Below, piece after piece: positions 31,384 to 40,289 of a stretch of DNA of 64,000 nucleotides (position 1 is the first letter of the stretch; every line of letters begins with the position of its first letter). The stretch is from Opitutales bacterium (GTDB lineage Bacteria; Verrucomicrobiota; Verrucomicrobiia; Opitutales; JABSRG01), in assembly GCA_049599475.1 (NCBI GenBank), contig JBMYOQ010000009.1, positions 39,829 through 103,828 of the forward strand, written 5' to 3'. Under the pieces are notes generated by a model that ran no database searches, had not been told where the DNA came from, and saw nothing but the letters and a program-made list of their open reading frames with translations. The translations under genes were made by a program, and so were the position numbers.

Positions 31384-32514
31384 ATGAAGTTCAAGATCAA
31401 CCGAGATCATTTCGTCAACGGCCTTCAGCAAGTTCTGAACGTCGTCAGCTCCCGCGCAACGATGCCTATTTTGGGCAACGTTCTTATCGAGACGACAGAG
31501 GGCGGCATTCAACTGACCACGACCAATTTAGACATCGGCATTCGGACTTCAATCGTCGCTGAAGTCGAAGACGCTGGTGCCATCACCCTCCCCGTTCGCA
31601 AGCTCGCGACAATCGTAAAGGAGCTGCCCCAGCTCGACGTATTTTTCGAGACCACAGATAAGCTCGCTGCGAAGATCACCTCAGGTGGATCGATCTTCAA
31701 GATCATGGGAATTGGCTCGGACGAGTTCCCCAAGCTGCCATCGTTCGAAGACCAACACGTCTTCGACATGCCGCAAGATGAGCTCCTCCGCATGCTCAAA
31801 TCTGTTTCCTACGCTCAGTCGAATGATGAAAATCGCTTCATCCTCAATGGCGTATTCTTTAACTTTGTGGACGACAAGCTGAGCCTCGTCGCCACCGATG
31901 GACGTCGTCTCGGCCTCATCAGCACCGAGATGGAGATCACTGATCAAAATACCGGAAGCCTCATCCTCCCTGCGAAAACCGTGGGCGAGCTCGAGCGACT
32001 TCTCGGCAAGGGCGAGAGTGTCCGTATCGCTTTCAACAACCGCCAGGTAGCATTCACCGTCCAAGTAGGCACAGATGCCGCCTCCTCCGGCTTTGCGGGA
32101 GACCTCTATCTCGTGTCGAAAACAGTCGAGGGCAACTACCCGAACTACCGCCAGGTAATACCGAAAGAGACCGAGCACCGTATCAAAGTAGAGCGCGAAC
32201 TCCTGCTTGAGTGTGTGCACCGTGCAGCTCTGGTCACGAGCGATAAGAATAACTCCGTAACCATCTGCGTGAGTGAGAACCTTTTGGAGATCTCGGCATC
32301 GAGCCCTGAGTATGGCGACTCACACGAATCGATGGCCATCCAATATACGGGCCCTGAGGTAAAAGTAGCGTTCAACCCATATTACATTATGGAGCCGCTC
32401 AAGGCTCTGGGTAAGGACGAAGTATTTTTTGAATTCAAAGACGAGCTCAGCCCCGGCGTATTCAAGACATTGGAAAGCTTCCTCTGCGTGATCATGCCCT
32501 TGCGCCTCAACTAA
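31384..32514 (+). CDS. dnaN: DNA polymerase III beta clamp
   Basis: [30 protein letters not shown]-terminal VIMPLRL. Confidence 0.98.
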   Translation: MKFKINRDHFVNGLQQVLNVVSSRATMPILGNVLIETTEGGIQLTTTNLDIGIRTSIVAEVEDAGAITLPVRKLATIVKELPQLDVFFETTDKLAAKITSGGSIFKIMGIGSDEFPKLPSFEDQHVFDMPQDELLRMLKSVSYAQSNDENRFILNGVFFNFVDDKLSLVATDGRRLGLISTEMEITDQNTGSLILPAKTVGELERLLGKGESVRIAFNNRQVAFTVQVGTDAASSGFAGDLYLVSKTVEGNYPNYRQVIPKETEHRIKVERELLLECVHRAALVTSDKNNSVTICVSENLLEISASSPEYGDSHESMAIQYTGPEVKVAFNPYYIMEPLKALGKDEVFFEFKDELSPGVFKTLESFLCVIMPLRLN

Positions 32515-32551
32515 TTTTCCTCCAAAATACTCTTTAGGAATTTTTCCTACG

Positions 32552-32581
32552 GGCCTCGTCTCTAAACAAGACGGGGCTTTT
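32552..32581 (+). terminator. Rho-independent terminator after dnaN
   Basis: GGCCTCGTCT-CTAAACA-AGACGGGGCT followed by Ts. Confidence 0.7.
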
Positions 32582-32612
32582 CGCTATTCTCCCCTGCCCT
32601 CTAGGAATTCAC

Positions 32613-33530
32613 ATGCCAGAACTTTTAACTCAGATTGGACCTGAACAGATCGTCTTTACGCTCTTCATCCTGTTCCTGTCTCTGATGTGGTTGAATCGAT
32701 CGTATTCGATACCGCTCTTAGGCGTGATCAACCGCTGGGTGCGCTGGATATTCTTTTCGCTAGCGATCGGGGTCCTCATCGTCGATCAAGAGCTCACGGA
32801 TCGACCTATTTGGGCTGTGAGCACTGTAGCCTTCCTCGGATGGTTTTTGATCGAAACCCTCTATTTTTGGCTCTACACCCGCGCGATCAGCTTCTCCGAA
32901 ATACCCTTGATTCCGATGTATCGCATGGCCGATCGCGATGAATGGCCAGTCGACTCCCGTCTGATCAAATTAAAAAATTGGCTGCGCACACATGGCTTTA
33001 AGCAATCTGCCTTTCTCCTCGCCGAGCTGACTCCCGAAGTATTTATACGAAACGCTGTCTACGAAAACGAAGGGCAGACCTGTCGGGTGCAAATCGTGTT
33101 TATGCCGATGCGTGGACCGCAGGTACAGCCCTTCTTTATCGTATCCTCTGTTGCAAAAGATGGAAGACGCCTGATCACTAATAATATCCCAATGCCCTTT
33201 GGCGGCACCTATCCCGAGAATTGGAATGTTGTCAGGAAACCTTTGATACGCTCGGTCGAATCTCTGCTAAAGGTGCACACAAAATACCAAAAGGTTTTAG
33301 ACTTTGAATTGGCTCCCTTCGAAGAAAGCCCACTTGAGGAGATCAACGGACAGCAGCAGATGTTGGAAAAGACCAATATCAAAAACGGCTTCATTCTCCC
33401 GCGCGAGTATCATGAAGACTACGGGATGCTTTCCAGCGACGCCCGTTACCGCCTCTGGAAAGAGATCTGGATGATCAGCTACCTCGGCCACGCCTCCGAC
33501 CACTACATGAGAGGCGCTCGAGCCGAATAA
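32613..33530 (+). CDS. Hypothetical membrane protein (3 N-terminal TM + soluble domain)
   Basis: 305-aa ORF with hydrophobic N-terminus. Confidence 0.75.
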   Translation: MPELLTQIGPEQIVFTLFILFLSLMWLNRSYSIPLLGVINRWVRWIFFSLAIGVLIVDQELTDRPIWAVSTVAFLGWFLIETLYFWLYTRAISFSEIPLIPMYRMADRDEWPVDSRLIKLKNWLRTHGFKQSAFLLAELTPEVFIRNAVYENEGQTCRVQIVFMPMRGPQVQPFFIVSSVAKDGRRLITNNIPMPFGGTYPENWNVVRKPLIRSVESLLKVHTKYQKVLDFELAPFEESPLEEINGQQQMLEKTNIKNGFILPREYHEDYGMLSSDARYRLWKEIWMISYLGHASDHYMRGARAE

Positions 33531-33543
33531 CTGAAAACAGGTA

Positions 33544-33807
33544 ATGAACTCTGACCTCTACGATAGCTACTCCCTAGTGCAAAGCATCGTAGACGTGCTC
33601 ATCACACTATTGGTAATCGTAGGGGTATCCTACTGTGCGCTCCACCTCCGGATATCAGGAATCGTAGACCCATCATTCGGAGCTGCCTCACCAGTAAGCA
33701 CCCCTGCAAAGTATTCATTATACCCCTACGATGCAGTACACATTTCTCTGTTTACAACAGGTAGATCATTCAAAGATGAACCCCTAACCCAGGAGCAATT
33801 TACCTAG
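33544..33807 (+). CDS. Small hypothetical membrane protein or gene remnant
   Basis: 87-aa ORF with one TM; 13 bp after the upstream stop. Confidence 0.35.
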   Translation: MNSDLYDSYSLVQSIVDVLITLLVIVGVSYCALHLRISGIVDPSFGAASPVSTPAKYSLYPYDAVHISLFTTGRSFKDEPLTQEQFT

Positions 33808-33822
33808 ATAGGTCGCTAATAG

Positions 33823-34335
33823 CCGGAAAAAGAATTCTCCTTTGACCCAAAGGGGGGAACCAGTGGAGTAAATGTGAATGCTGCTGTGAATGCAGGAAAT
33901 GCTCCTTCGATGTTCTCAGGCTGGAAGAACTTGCCAGGGGGAGTGCGAATCAAACAATCAGGCAATTACTTTATTAAAGAAGTTAACCCTAACGCTTCTG
34001 CATTCGCTCGCTGGTGGGGTTAGGGATCTCTGGATGCTCAAGCCAAAGGACTTGGTAATTTGGGTGATATGGCACCGAGCTTTAATTACAGTAATGGTAA
34101 ACTTGTTACTAGATATGCTGGAGAGTATACTCCTGGAAGCTTCCTTAGTACTTGGGCAAGGGGCTCGGCCCGACTTAAGACTCCATTCAACGATATCCGC
34201 ATACGGAATATTGGAAAAGATAACATCATATTTGATCCATCGAAACATGTGATCCAACAGGGACTGGAATGGACTGCTGCTGGCATGGGAGTAACTGCAG
34301 GGGCCCTTCTGATTTATAACAATTTTGGTCAATAA
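33823..34335 (+). pseudogene. Interrupted orphan toxin-like ORF with a minimal kinase-like motif set
   Basis: One frame open 33823-34335 except TAG at 34021-34023; YFIKEV, KLVTRYAGE, NDIRIRNI, IIFDP; low GC. Confidence 0.55.
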
Positions 34336-34337
34336 GT

Positions 34338-34502
34338 ATGGCGCTTTTATTCATTATCATGGGGTTTGTATGGTATCTTGGTTTTGAGTTTTTACGTAGT
34401 CGTAAATCAATCAAATCTGAGGTGGCGTTCTATATGTCCATAGCAAGCAGTGTTGGTTTTTTTATTTTTGAAGCGATAGGTATACTAATACTCATACTTT
34501 AG
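34338..34502 (+). CDS. 54-aa two-TM protein, candidate immunity protein
   Basis: Below the ORF-track cutoff; MALLFIIMGFVWYLGFEFLRSRKSIKSEVAFYMSIASSVGFFIFEAIGILILIL; ATG 2 bp after the upstream stop. Confidence 0.55.
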   Translation: MALLFIIMGFVWYLGFEFLRSRKSIKSEVAFYMSIASSVGFFIFEAIGILILIL

Positions 34503-34862
34503 GTTCTACCTTCAAAATAACGGCACTACGGGCACCTCTCATGCCATCAGCTTCCTCATCCTCTCCGCGCTTCGCTTGTGCGAGTTCGGGCTCTTCAGTC
34601 ATGGGAGCTGCTTACTTCGGCCCGCTTATCCGCTCCTGCCTGCAGTCAATCAGCCAGAACCCGCACGGCGCATGATGCCTCGCTAAGGCTCGGGCGCCTA
34701 CTGCACTATGTGGCGAGCACATAGCTTGTGGTCGCTACCGCGTTGCTCTCCCTGCTTCGATTCGTTCAGTCATAGACTGGGCTGAGTAGCCAAGCAGTGT
34801 CGGACGCAACAGACACAATGCTTGCGAATCTCTCCAAAAGTCTTCATTTATCTTCACTAACA

Positions 34863-35090
34863 ATGAATTACGCGACTCGCATCACCTTTGATCCGCACAG
34901 ATGCGGAGGTCGGCCTTGTATCCGTGGTTTACGCGTGCGCGTGAAAGACATCCTCGAAATGCTCGCCGGTGGGATGAGTGAAGATGAGATCCTCGAAGAC
35001 TTTGAGTATCTTGAGCGTGAGGATATCCGAGCTGTTTTGGAGTATGCTTCTAGACAAGCAGATCATCCAGTGCTTCGAGCTGTCTCGTAA
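34863..35090 (+). CDS. DUF433-family antitoxin
   Basis: RITFDPHRCGGRPCIRGLRVRVKDILEMLAGGMSEDEILEDFEYLEREDIRAVLEYA. Confidence 0.93.
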   Translation: MNYATRITFDPHRCGGRPCIRGLRVRVKDILEMLAGGMSEDEILEDFEYLEREDIRAVLEYASRQADHPVLRAVS

Positions 35091-35427
35091 AGTTTTTGAT
35101 AGACGCTCAATTGCCGCCTGTTCTGGCCCGTGTGATGAAACGCGAAGGCTATGACGTGGTGCACGTGGTCGAGTTGGAATTGCTCACGGCTGATGATGTT
35201 GATATCAAACGTATGCGCTTGAGAATGACAGCGTGATCATCAGCAAGGACGAAGACTTTGCGACTTATGCGATGGATCCAGAAAACGAGGTGAAAGGGGT
35301 CTGGATACGAACTGGAAACTGTAAAAACAACACGCTCATAAGCGCAGTCATTGGAAACCTCGAAGCAGCTCAAGAGCCGATAGAATCTGGCAGTAAACTC
35401 GTCGAAATCGTCATCGAGCAGCCTTAA
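35087..35427 (+). pseudogene. DUF5615/VapC45-like PIN toxin, frameshifted and lacking a start codon
   Basis: (GTA)KFLIDAQLPPVLA...DVVHV...ADDVDI in one frame (stop at 35234); YALENDSVIISKDEDF...VWIRTGNC in another frame. Confidence 0.85.
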
Positions 35428-35462
35428 AATCGCAGCTGCACCCACAGCACTAGGAACTCCGA

Positions 35463-36863
35463 TCACTCGCTGAACGTGCGCAGGAGCGATTCTCGGGCGT
35501 CGGGGGAAAGGTATTGAGTGGCTTGCACGTAGGCTGATGCGGAGGCGGGGTCTTGCTCTGCCCAGGTGGTGGCGAGGCGCGATACGGTGTTATCTCTGAG
35601 TGATGGGTCGGTAATGGCTTCGGCCCAAGTGATGGCGCTTTCGGGATCGCGGGAAGAGGTTTCCAGGGCGTAGCTCTCGTAGGCTTCGTCGAGGACGGGG
35701 CTGGGCTCTGTGGCAGCCAACCAGGTGCCCGCTTCTTCGGGATCCCGCTTGCTCCAATCTTCCATGATGTTTCCCATGACGTTTTCTGCGAGGTTGGGGT
35801 CTTCTAGTTCCAGGGCCCAGTTAGCGGTCTCTTGTGGGAAATCTCGAGCGTGGGCTTCTCCGAATTCCATGTAAATTTCTTGAGTTAAGGCGGGGTCTTG
35901 ACCGGCAAAGAGCTCGCCGAATTCCATGCCTGATTCTAGGTTGCTAAACTTGGAATCCCGAGCGGCCTCGCGGATCAAGGCTGAGCGCGTCTCTTGAGGT
36001 TGATCGAGGATAAATGCGGCTACGGAATCGATGTTACTCTCGGGCGAACGGAGAATGGAGTCGAAGACCCCGCGTGTAGCATTGTCTCTTACTTCTGGAT
36101 CTTCGATACTGTTCAGGAGGCTGATTGCAGCTTCTTGATCTTGCCGAGCGTAGGTTCTGAAGGCTGAGTTGGCGCTGCGATTGAGGGTGTTTAGGTCTAT
36201 GTCGGGATTATCAGATAGCCAGGCGATTGCAGCCTCTGGATCGCTCCTCGCCCATTCAGAAAATACGCTGCTCATGGCACCGTCTCTGACGGTGTCGGCA
36301 TCTAGGGAATTCGCGAGCTCGGCAGCCTCGGCTGGGTTGTTGCGCGCCAAGCGTCTGAGTAATCGGGAAGAGATATCTCTCGCGGATTGATGGGTGATTC
36401 CGAGCTCGGCGAGCTGCTGAATGGTGCTCGGTATGTCGGCATCTTCGATGGATCCGAGCATCGACCACATGTTTCTGCGGTTCAGTGAACCATTCTGAAG
36501 GCCTTCAATGAGTTGTGCGGAAGCTTCTCCGGAAGGAATGCTCTGTTGATCCATGATGCCTTGAAATTGTCTCATCCGCCCTAGGATACGTGAGTCTAGA
36601 TTGCTCAAGAGGACCAATATGTCGTCTCCTCCGGTTTGTTTCAGTTTGTCTATGGCGGCTTGATCGGCGCTGGAAAGTGTCTCGGTGGATGAGTCGGTGG
36701 GTTCTGTATCCGACACGGGGCTTTGGGCGGCATCGGGCGGAGTGAGTGCGGTCTCTTCGATGGCCTCGGATGTATCCTGATTCTGGTAGGTGCCGAATAT
36801 GTATGCGCCGCAAAGGGTCGAGAGCCACGCGGTCGCGAGTAAGAGAGGTTTTGGAGTATTCAT
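35463..36863 (-). CDS. Exported/anchored alpha-helical repeat protein (W..xDP.AA..W repeats), paralog 1
   Basis: N-terminal TM; WARSDPEAAIAWL, WSKRDPEEAGTWL, WAEQDPASASAY. Confidence 0.85.
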   Translation of the reverse strand: MNTPKPLLLATAWLSTLCGAYIFGTYQNQDTSEAIEETALTPPDAAQSPVSDTEPTDSSTETLSSADQAAIDKLKQTGGDDILVLLSNLDSRILGRMRQFQGIMDQQSIPSGEASAQLIEGLQNGSLNRRNMWSMLGSIEDADIPSTIQQLAELGITHQSARDISSRLLRRLARNNPAEAAELANSLDADTVRDGAMSSVFSEWARSDPEAAIAWLSDNPDIDLNTLNRSANSAFRTYARQDQEAAISLLNSIEDPEVRDNATRGVFDSILRSPESNIDSVAAFILDQPQETRSALIREAARDSKFSNLESGMEFGELFAGQDPALTQEIYMEFGEAHARDFPQETANWALELEDPNLAENVMGNIMEDWSKRDPEEAGTWLAATEPSPVLDEAYESYALETSSRDPESAITWAEAITDPSLRDNTVSRLATTWAEQDPASASAYVQATQYLSPDARESLLRTFSE

Positions 36864-37225
36864 GGTTAAGAGCCGACTCTTAAGACCTGGTGATGCTGAA
36901 AGGTTCCCAGGCAGATTTTGGGGATTTTAAAATAGGTAAGATCGATCCTCACGCCTGGTGGCTCACCGAGGCGGTTCGCCCTCGTATAAGGTAGCATCCA
37001 TGAGGAAGGTATACCTTTACAAAAATCGGTCCCTTGTTCTGGAACAGCAAGAATTTCCTGAAAACCTATTGAAAATAGCAGTAGGGCTACTGCCTATTTC
37101 TGAGCGGCTGAATACTGAGTGTCAGCTGGGCGAAATAGATGTCCTGCACCGCTCGGAGATCGATGGCTCGCCCTATTTTACTCCAAGGTTAGCGAAATTC
37201 ACGGGTCTGTAGGGTGCCGACCCGA

Positions 37226-38623
37226 TTATTTGTTCAATTGTTTGATTAGCTTTTCGCGAACTTCGGGAGTCATATATTGCGTTGACTGTACGTATGCGAT
37301 TGCGGCGTTGGGATCCTCTTTGGCCCACGCATTGGCGACCCAAGTCACTGTAGCATCGCGAGCGCTGGGATTAGTAATGGCTTCCGCCCAGGTGATGGCG
37401 TTGGCCGGATCTGTCTTCGCGGCGGCTTGTGCGTAGTTTTGGTAAGCCGAATCGTAGACCTCGTTGCGCGGTGCGTCGGAGAGCCATTCCCCGGCTTCTA
37501 CTAGATCGTAGCGTGTCCATTGCTGCATCACATCTCCCAGGATCTTTTGCTGGGTTTGCGCATTATCGAGACCGAGCGCCCAATTGGCGGTGTCCTGGGG
37601 GTAGTCTCGCGCGTTTTTGGAAGCTACGCGTTGGTAAGCTTGTTGGGCGAGCTCGGGATTGCTGGATTCCAGGCTACTGGCGAAGGAAATACCTGCATCG
37701 AAATCGCGAAACTTGCTGTTTCCCAAGGTGCTCGAGAGGAGACCATTTTGCATGGATTCTGGTTGCGCTGTAATGAAATCGATAATGGCGCTGGGCTCGG
37801 TGTTTTTATTATTTACCAAGGAATTCAAGATCCCGGATGCGGCGCGTCGGCGCGTGGAGCTATCCTCGATGCCTTCCAGCAGAGCATTGGCTTCGGCGAT
37901 GTCTCGTTTGCCGATTTCACGAAAGATCGCATAGGTAGCGCGGTTTACGGTATTTTCGTCGATGCCGGTGTGGGTGCCTAGCCAGTCGAGAGCCGCGTAG
38001 GGATCGCCTTTGGCCCATTCCGAAATGACGGAGCCCACTGCGTTGGAACGATCGGTTTTTGCCTCTATTGAGTAAGCCAGCATGAGGGCTGAGGTGGGGT
38101 CTTCCTTAGCAAGGTTTTGTATTAAACGTGCCGTCATGCTGCGAAAATTGCGATCGGTGCGCGCTATGGCGTCCAGAGCTTTAACCGCCTGAGGGATATC
38201 TGGGCCCCTTATTTGGCGCAGCCAGCGCCAGAGTTGTCCGCGATTATATTCTCCGCTTTCAATATTTTCGAGAAGGGCTTGCAGAGCTTCGGATGAAGAC
38301 AGTGGGGGCGGTGCGTCATCCCCTTCTTCTGTTTCGCTAGTAGCGATGTCCTCAAGGAAATCGTCGGACAGGTCGGCGAAGGCGCTCATGAGATCGTCGC
38401 CACCATGCTTGCGCAATTGCTCCAGGGCCGCGCGCTCAGCATCAGTAAGCACATCTCCTTGAGGAGGGGAGGCCTTTGAGGATGGTCTGGATGCGGCAGA
38501 AGCCGAATCCAGCGTCTGAGGCACTTGCTTTTTGGCGGCTTCGGTGAATCCGTAGAAGAATGCGCCCGAGACTGTGCTGAGCCAGAACAGTCCTAGGAGG
38601 GCTACCTTGATATTGAACTTCAT
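37226..38623 (-). CDS. Exported/anchored alpha-helical repeat protein, paralog 2
   Basis: WAKGDPYAALDWL, ARDYPQDTANWAL, AITWAEAITNPSARD; collinear with paralog 1. Confidence 0.85.
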   Translation of the reverse strand: MKFNIKVALLGLFWLSTVSGAFFYGFTEAAKKQVPQTLDSASAASRPSSKASPPQGDVLTDAERAALEQLRKHGGDDLMSAFADLSDDFLEDIATSETEEGDDAPPPLSSSEALQALLENIESGEYNRGQLWRWLRQIRGPDIPQAVKALDAIARTDRNFRSMTARLIQNLAKEDPTSALMLAYSIEAKTDRSNAVGSVISEWAKGDPYAALDWLGTHTGIDENTVNRATYAIFREIGKRDIAEANALLEGIEDSSTRRRAASGILNSLVNNKNTEPSAIIDFITAQPESMQNGLLSSTLGNSKFRDFDAGISFASSLESSNPELAQQAYQRVASKNARDYPQDTANWALGLDNAQTQQKILGDVMQQWTRYDLVEAGEWLSDAPRNEVYDSAYQNYAQAAAKTDPANAITWAEAITNPSARDATVTWVANAWAKEDPNAAIAYVQSTQYMTPEVREKLIKQLNK

Positions 38624-38770
38624 TGGGTAGATTGAGCGGGGTAAGGGTGTGTGGGATGAACCTCGAAACGCTCGGGTCTCAAGGTTCGAATGTGGCCGAA
38701 CGAATTGTTGATGTTTTTAAACCACGAAGAGGCGCAATAGTTGAGCCTAAGCTGGAAATATCACTCGGGA

Positions 38771-39277
38771 TCAACCGGCCATCGCGATGGCTTTTTCCAC
38801 ATCGTAGCCGGGGATGCGCCCTTCGTCTAAGTCTACCATGTCTGCGACACAGACTATCTTTTCAATCATCTCTGGACATCCCATATTGGTAAGAGACTCC
38901 AGGAGAAACTCTCGGCCTGCTTTGCTAATGCCCTTGTGGGTGATTTCTCGGTTCCACTTGGCGGCTTTTAGGTCATCCGGAAAGAGTTTGAGAAGCTCGG
39001 TGTCGATGACCGTATCATCCTCGTTATCCATGACGATCTTCTCTACGTCCGATGGGTCGATGCCGAGATGCATACAGAGGAAGCGGTCGAATCCTCGTTT
39101 ATAGTTCTTCTTATACGATTTTGGCAGCTCGCCATGTTTCTTGACCCAGCGAATTTTCGCGATGAAGCGCGGTAGGTGTAGCAGGCCTGTGGCACCGTGC
39201 GCTTCGTAGGGCGAAGGTAGGCTGCGCAGGATAGCGCCGGTGGGTCCGAATGGAGGCTCGAGATGATCGATTGGCAT
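38771..39277 (-). CDS. DUF5069-like protein
   Basis: LPSPYE...GLLHLPRFIAKIR...GELP..Y...GFDRFLC..LGID...DLDEGR. Confidence 0.75.
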   Translation of the reverse strand: MPIDHLEPPFGPTGAILRSLPSPYEAHGATGLLHLPRFIAKIRWVKKHGELPKSYKKNYKRGFDRFLCMHLGIDPSDVEKIVMDNEDDTVIDTELLKLFPDDLKAAKWNREITHKGISKAGREFLLESLTNMGCPEMIEKIVCVADMVDLDEGRIPGYDVEKAIAMAG

Positions 39278-39377
39278 CTGGTGAGAGTTGAGTGAGAATT
39301 GGGATTTGGCAAATACGGAGGCTGGGAGGCTACGGAAATTTTAGATACTTTGGTATATTTCCTGATGTGATTGGGCC

Positions 39378-40208
39378 ATGAGACTGCGCGGTTTAGCCTT
39401 ATCATGTGCCCTACTTTTTGGAGGGGCTTGTTTTACAGCCTGCTCGGATTCGGGCTCAAAAGAGGTCGATGGTGTCGGGGAGGCTCCTCTGGTGATCTCT
39501 GGTATGGGAGACGAAGTTTCTTGGTCCTATGAGAAGGTATCTAGTCTGCCCTCAGAGCAGTTTACCTTTGACGAAGGCTCTTACTTCAGTGGGCAGACAG
39601 TGAAAATCGTCCGCCTGAGTGAGCTGTGGAAGGCTGTCGATCCCGGGGAATCGGCCGACACGATGACTGCCTACTGCAAGGATAAGTATTTCAGCGTGTA
39701 TACCCGCGATTGGGTAGATACCTATAAACCGTTTATTATCATCGAAGTGGAGGGGAAGGCTCCAAGAGAGTGGACTGGAACAGTGAAAAACGCCGCGCCC
39801 TACTTTATCTCCTTTGATTTAGAGGAAGGAATGCCGCCCTACCAACACGCGAGCCACAAGAGGCCGTGGGGCGTAGAGTCGGTCACTTTTGGGAACTATT
39901 CAGAAATGTTTTCAGTGTTTTACGAAGAGCCCTTTGCCGATCTCAAGGGGCCGGCCCTGGAGGGGCGTGATGTCTGGATCAACAGCTGTGCCAGTTGCCA
40001 TGAAGCTCCTGGAAATGGGATTGGCGGGCATAAAGCCGTTCGGCCATGGGAGGTTTTGGCTGTGCATGCGAAAATGAATGTCCAATACTTCAAAAAATAC
40101 GTGCACGATCCCAAGAGCCTCAACCCTGCCGCGCAAATGGAGCCACACCCGCATATTACGGAGGCTCAGCTCAATGCCCTGGTAGCTTTCCTGACGACAG
40201 GTAGTTGA
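39378..40208 (+). CDS. c-type cytochrome lipoprotein with N-terminal molybdopterin-oxidoreductase-like domain
   Basis: Lipobox FTAC; CASCH heme motif; distal Met in AQMEPH. Confidence 0.82.
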   Translation: MRLRGLALSCALLFGGACFTACSDSGSKEVDGVGEAPLVISGMGDEVSWSYEKVSSLPSEQFTFDEGSYFSGQTVKIVRLSELWKAVDPGESADTMTAYCKDKYFSVYTRDWVDTYKPFIIIEVEGKAPREWTGTVKNAAPYFISFDLEEGMPPYQHASHKRPWGVESVTFGNYSEMFSVFYEEPFADLKGPALEGRDVWINSCASCHEAPGNGIGGHKAVRPWEVLAVHAKMNVQYFKKYVHDPKSLNPAAQMEPHPHITEAQLNALVAFLTTGS

Positions 40209-40242
40209 GTCTCGCCGATGATTAAGGGTATTTAATAACGAC

Positions 40243-40260
40243 AATTAACATAGGTTAATT
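40243..40260. promoter_or_regulatory. Palindrome upstream of the sensor kinase operon
   Basis: AATTAAC-ATAG-GTTAATT. Confidence 0.35.
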
Positions 40261-40289
40261 TCGAAAACTGGATCAGTTTTGAAGATTGC

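Noticed and set aside
31681..32220. 179-aa ORF antisense to dnaN (and similar antisense ORFs in glf, wza and recA)
   Set aside because: Shadow ORFs expected from codon bias.
33890..34332. Track ORFs 33890-34252 (+) and 33958-34332 (-)
   Set aside because: No recognisable motifs; the frame ending at 34335 gives a more protein-like sequence across the TAG.
34651..34698. Minus-strand GAGCC...GTGCGGGTTCTGG resembling group II intron domain V
   Set aside because: The stem does not pair in the DV pattern and no RT or other intron domains are nearby.
37035..37046. TGTTC-TG-GAACA as a LexA box
   Set aside because: Spacer is 2 bp rather than 4 and it is not near a repair gene.
37190..37225. GCGAAATTCACGGGTCTG resembling part of a c-di-GMP-I riboswitch, or a GTAG-type REP
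   Set aside because: The first stem with its GNRA loop is missing, orientation does not fit a downstream gene, and there is only one copy.
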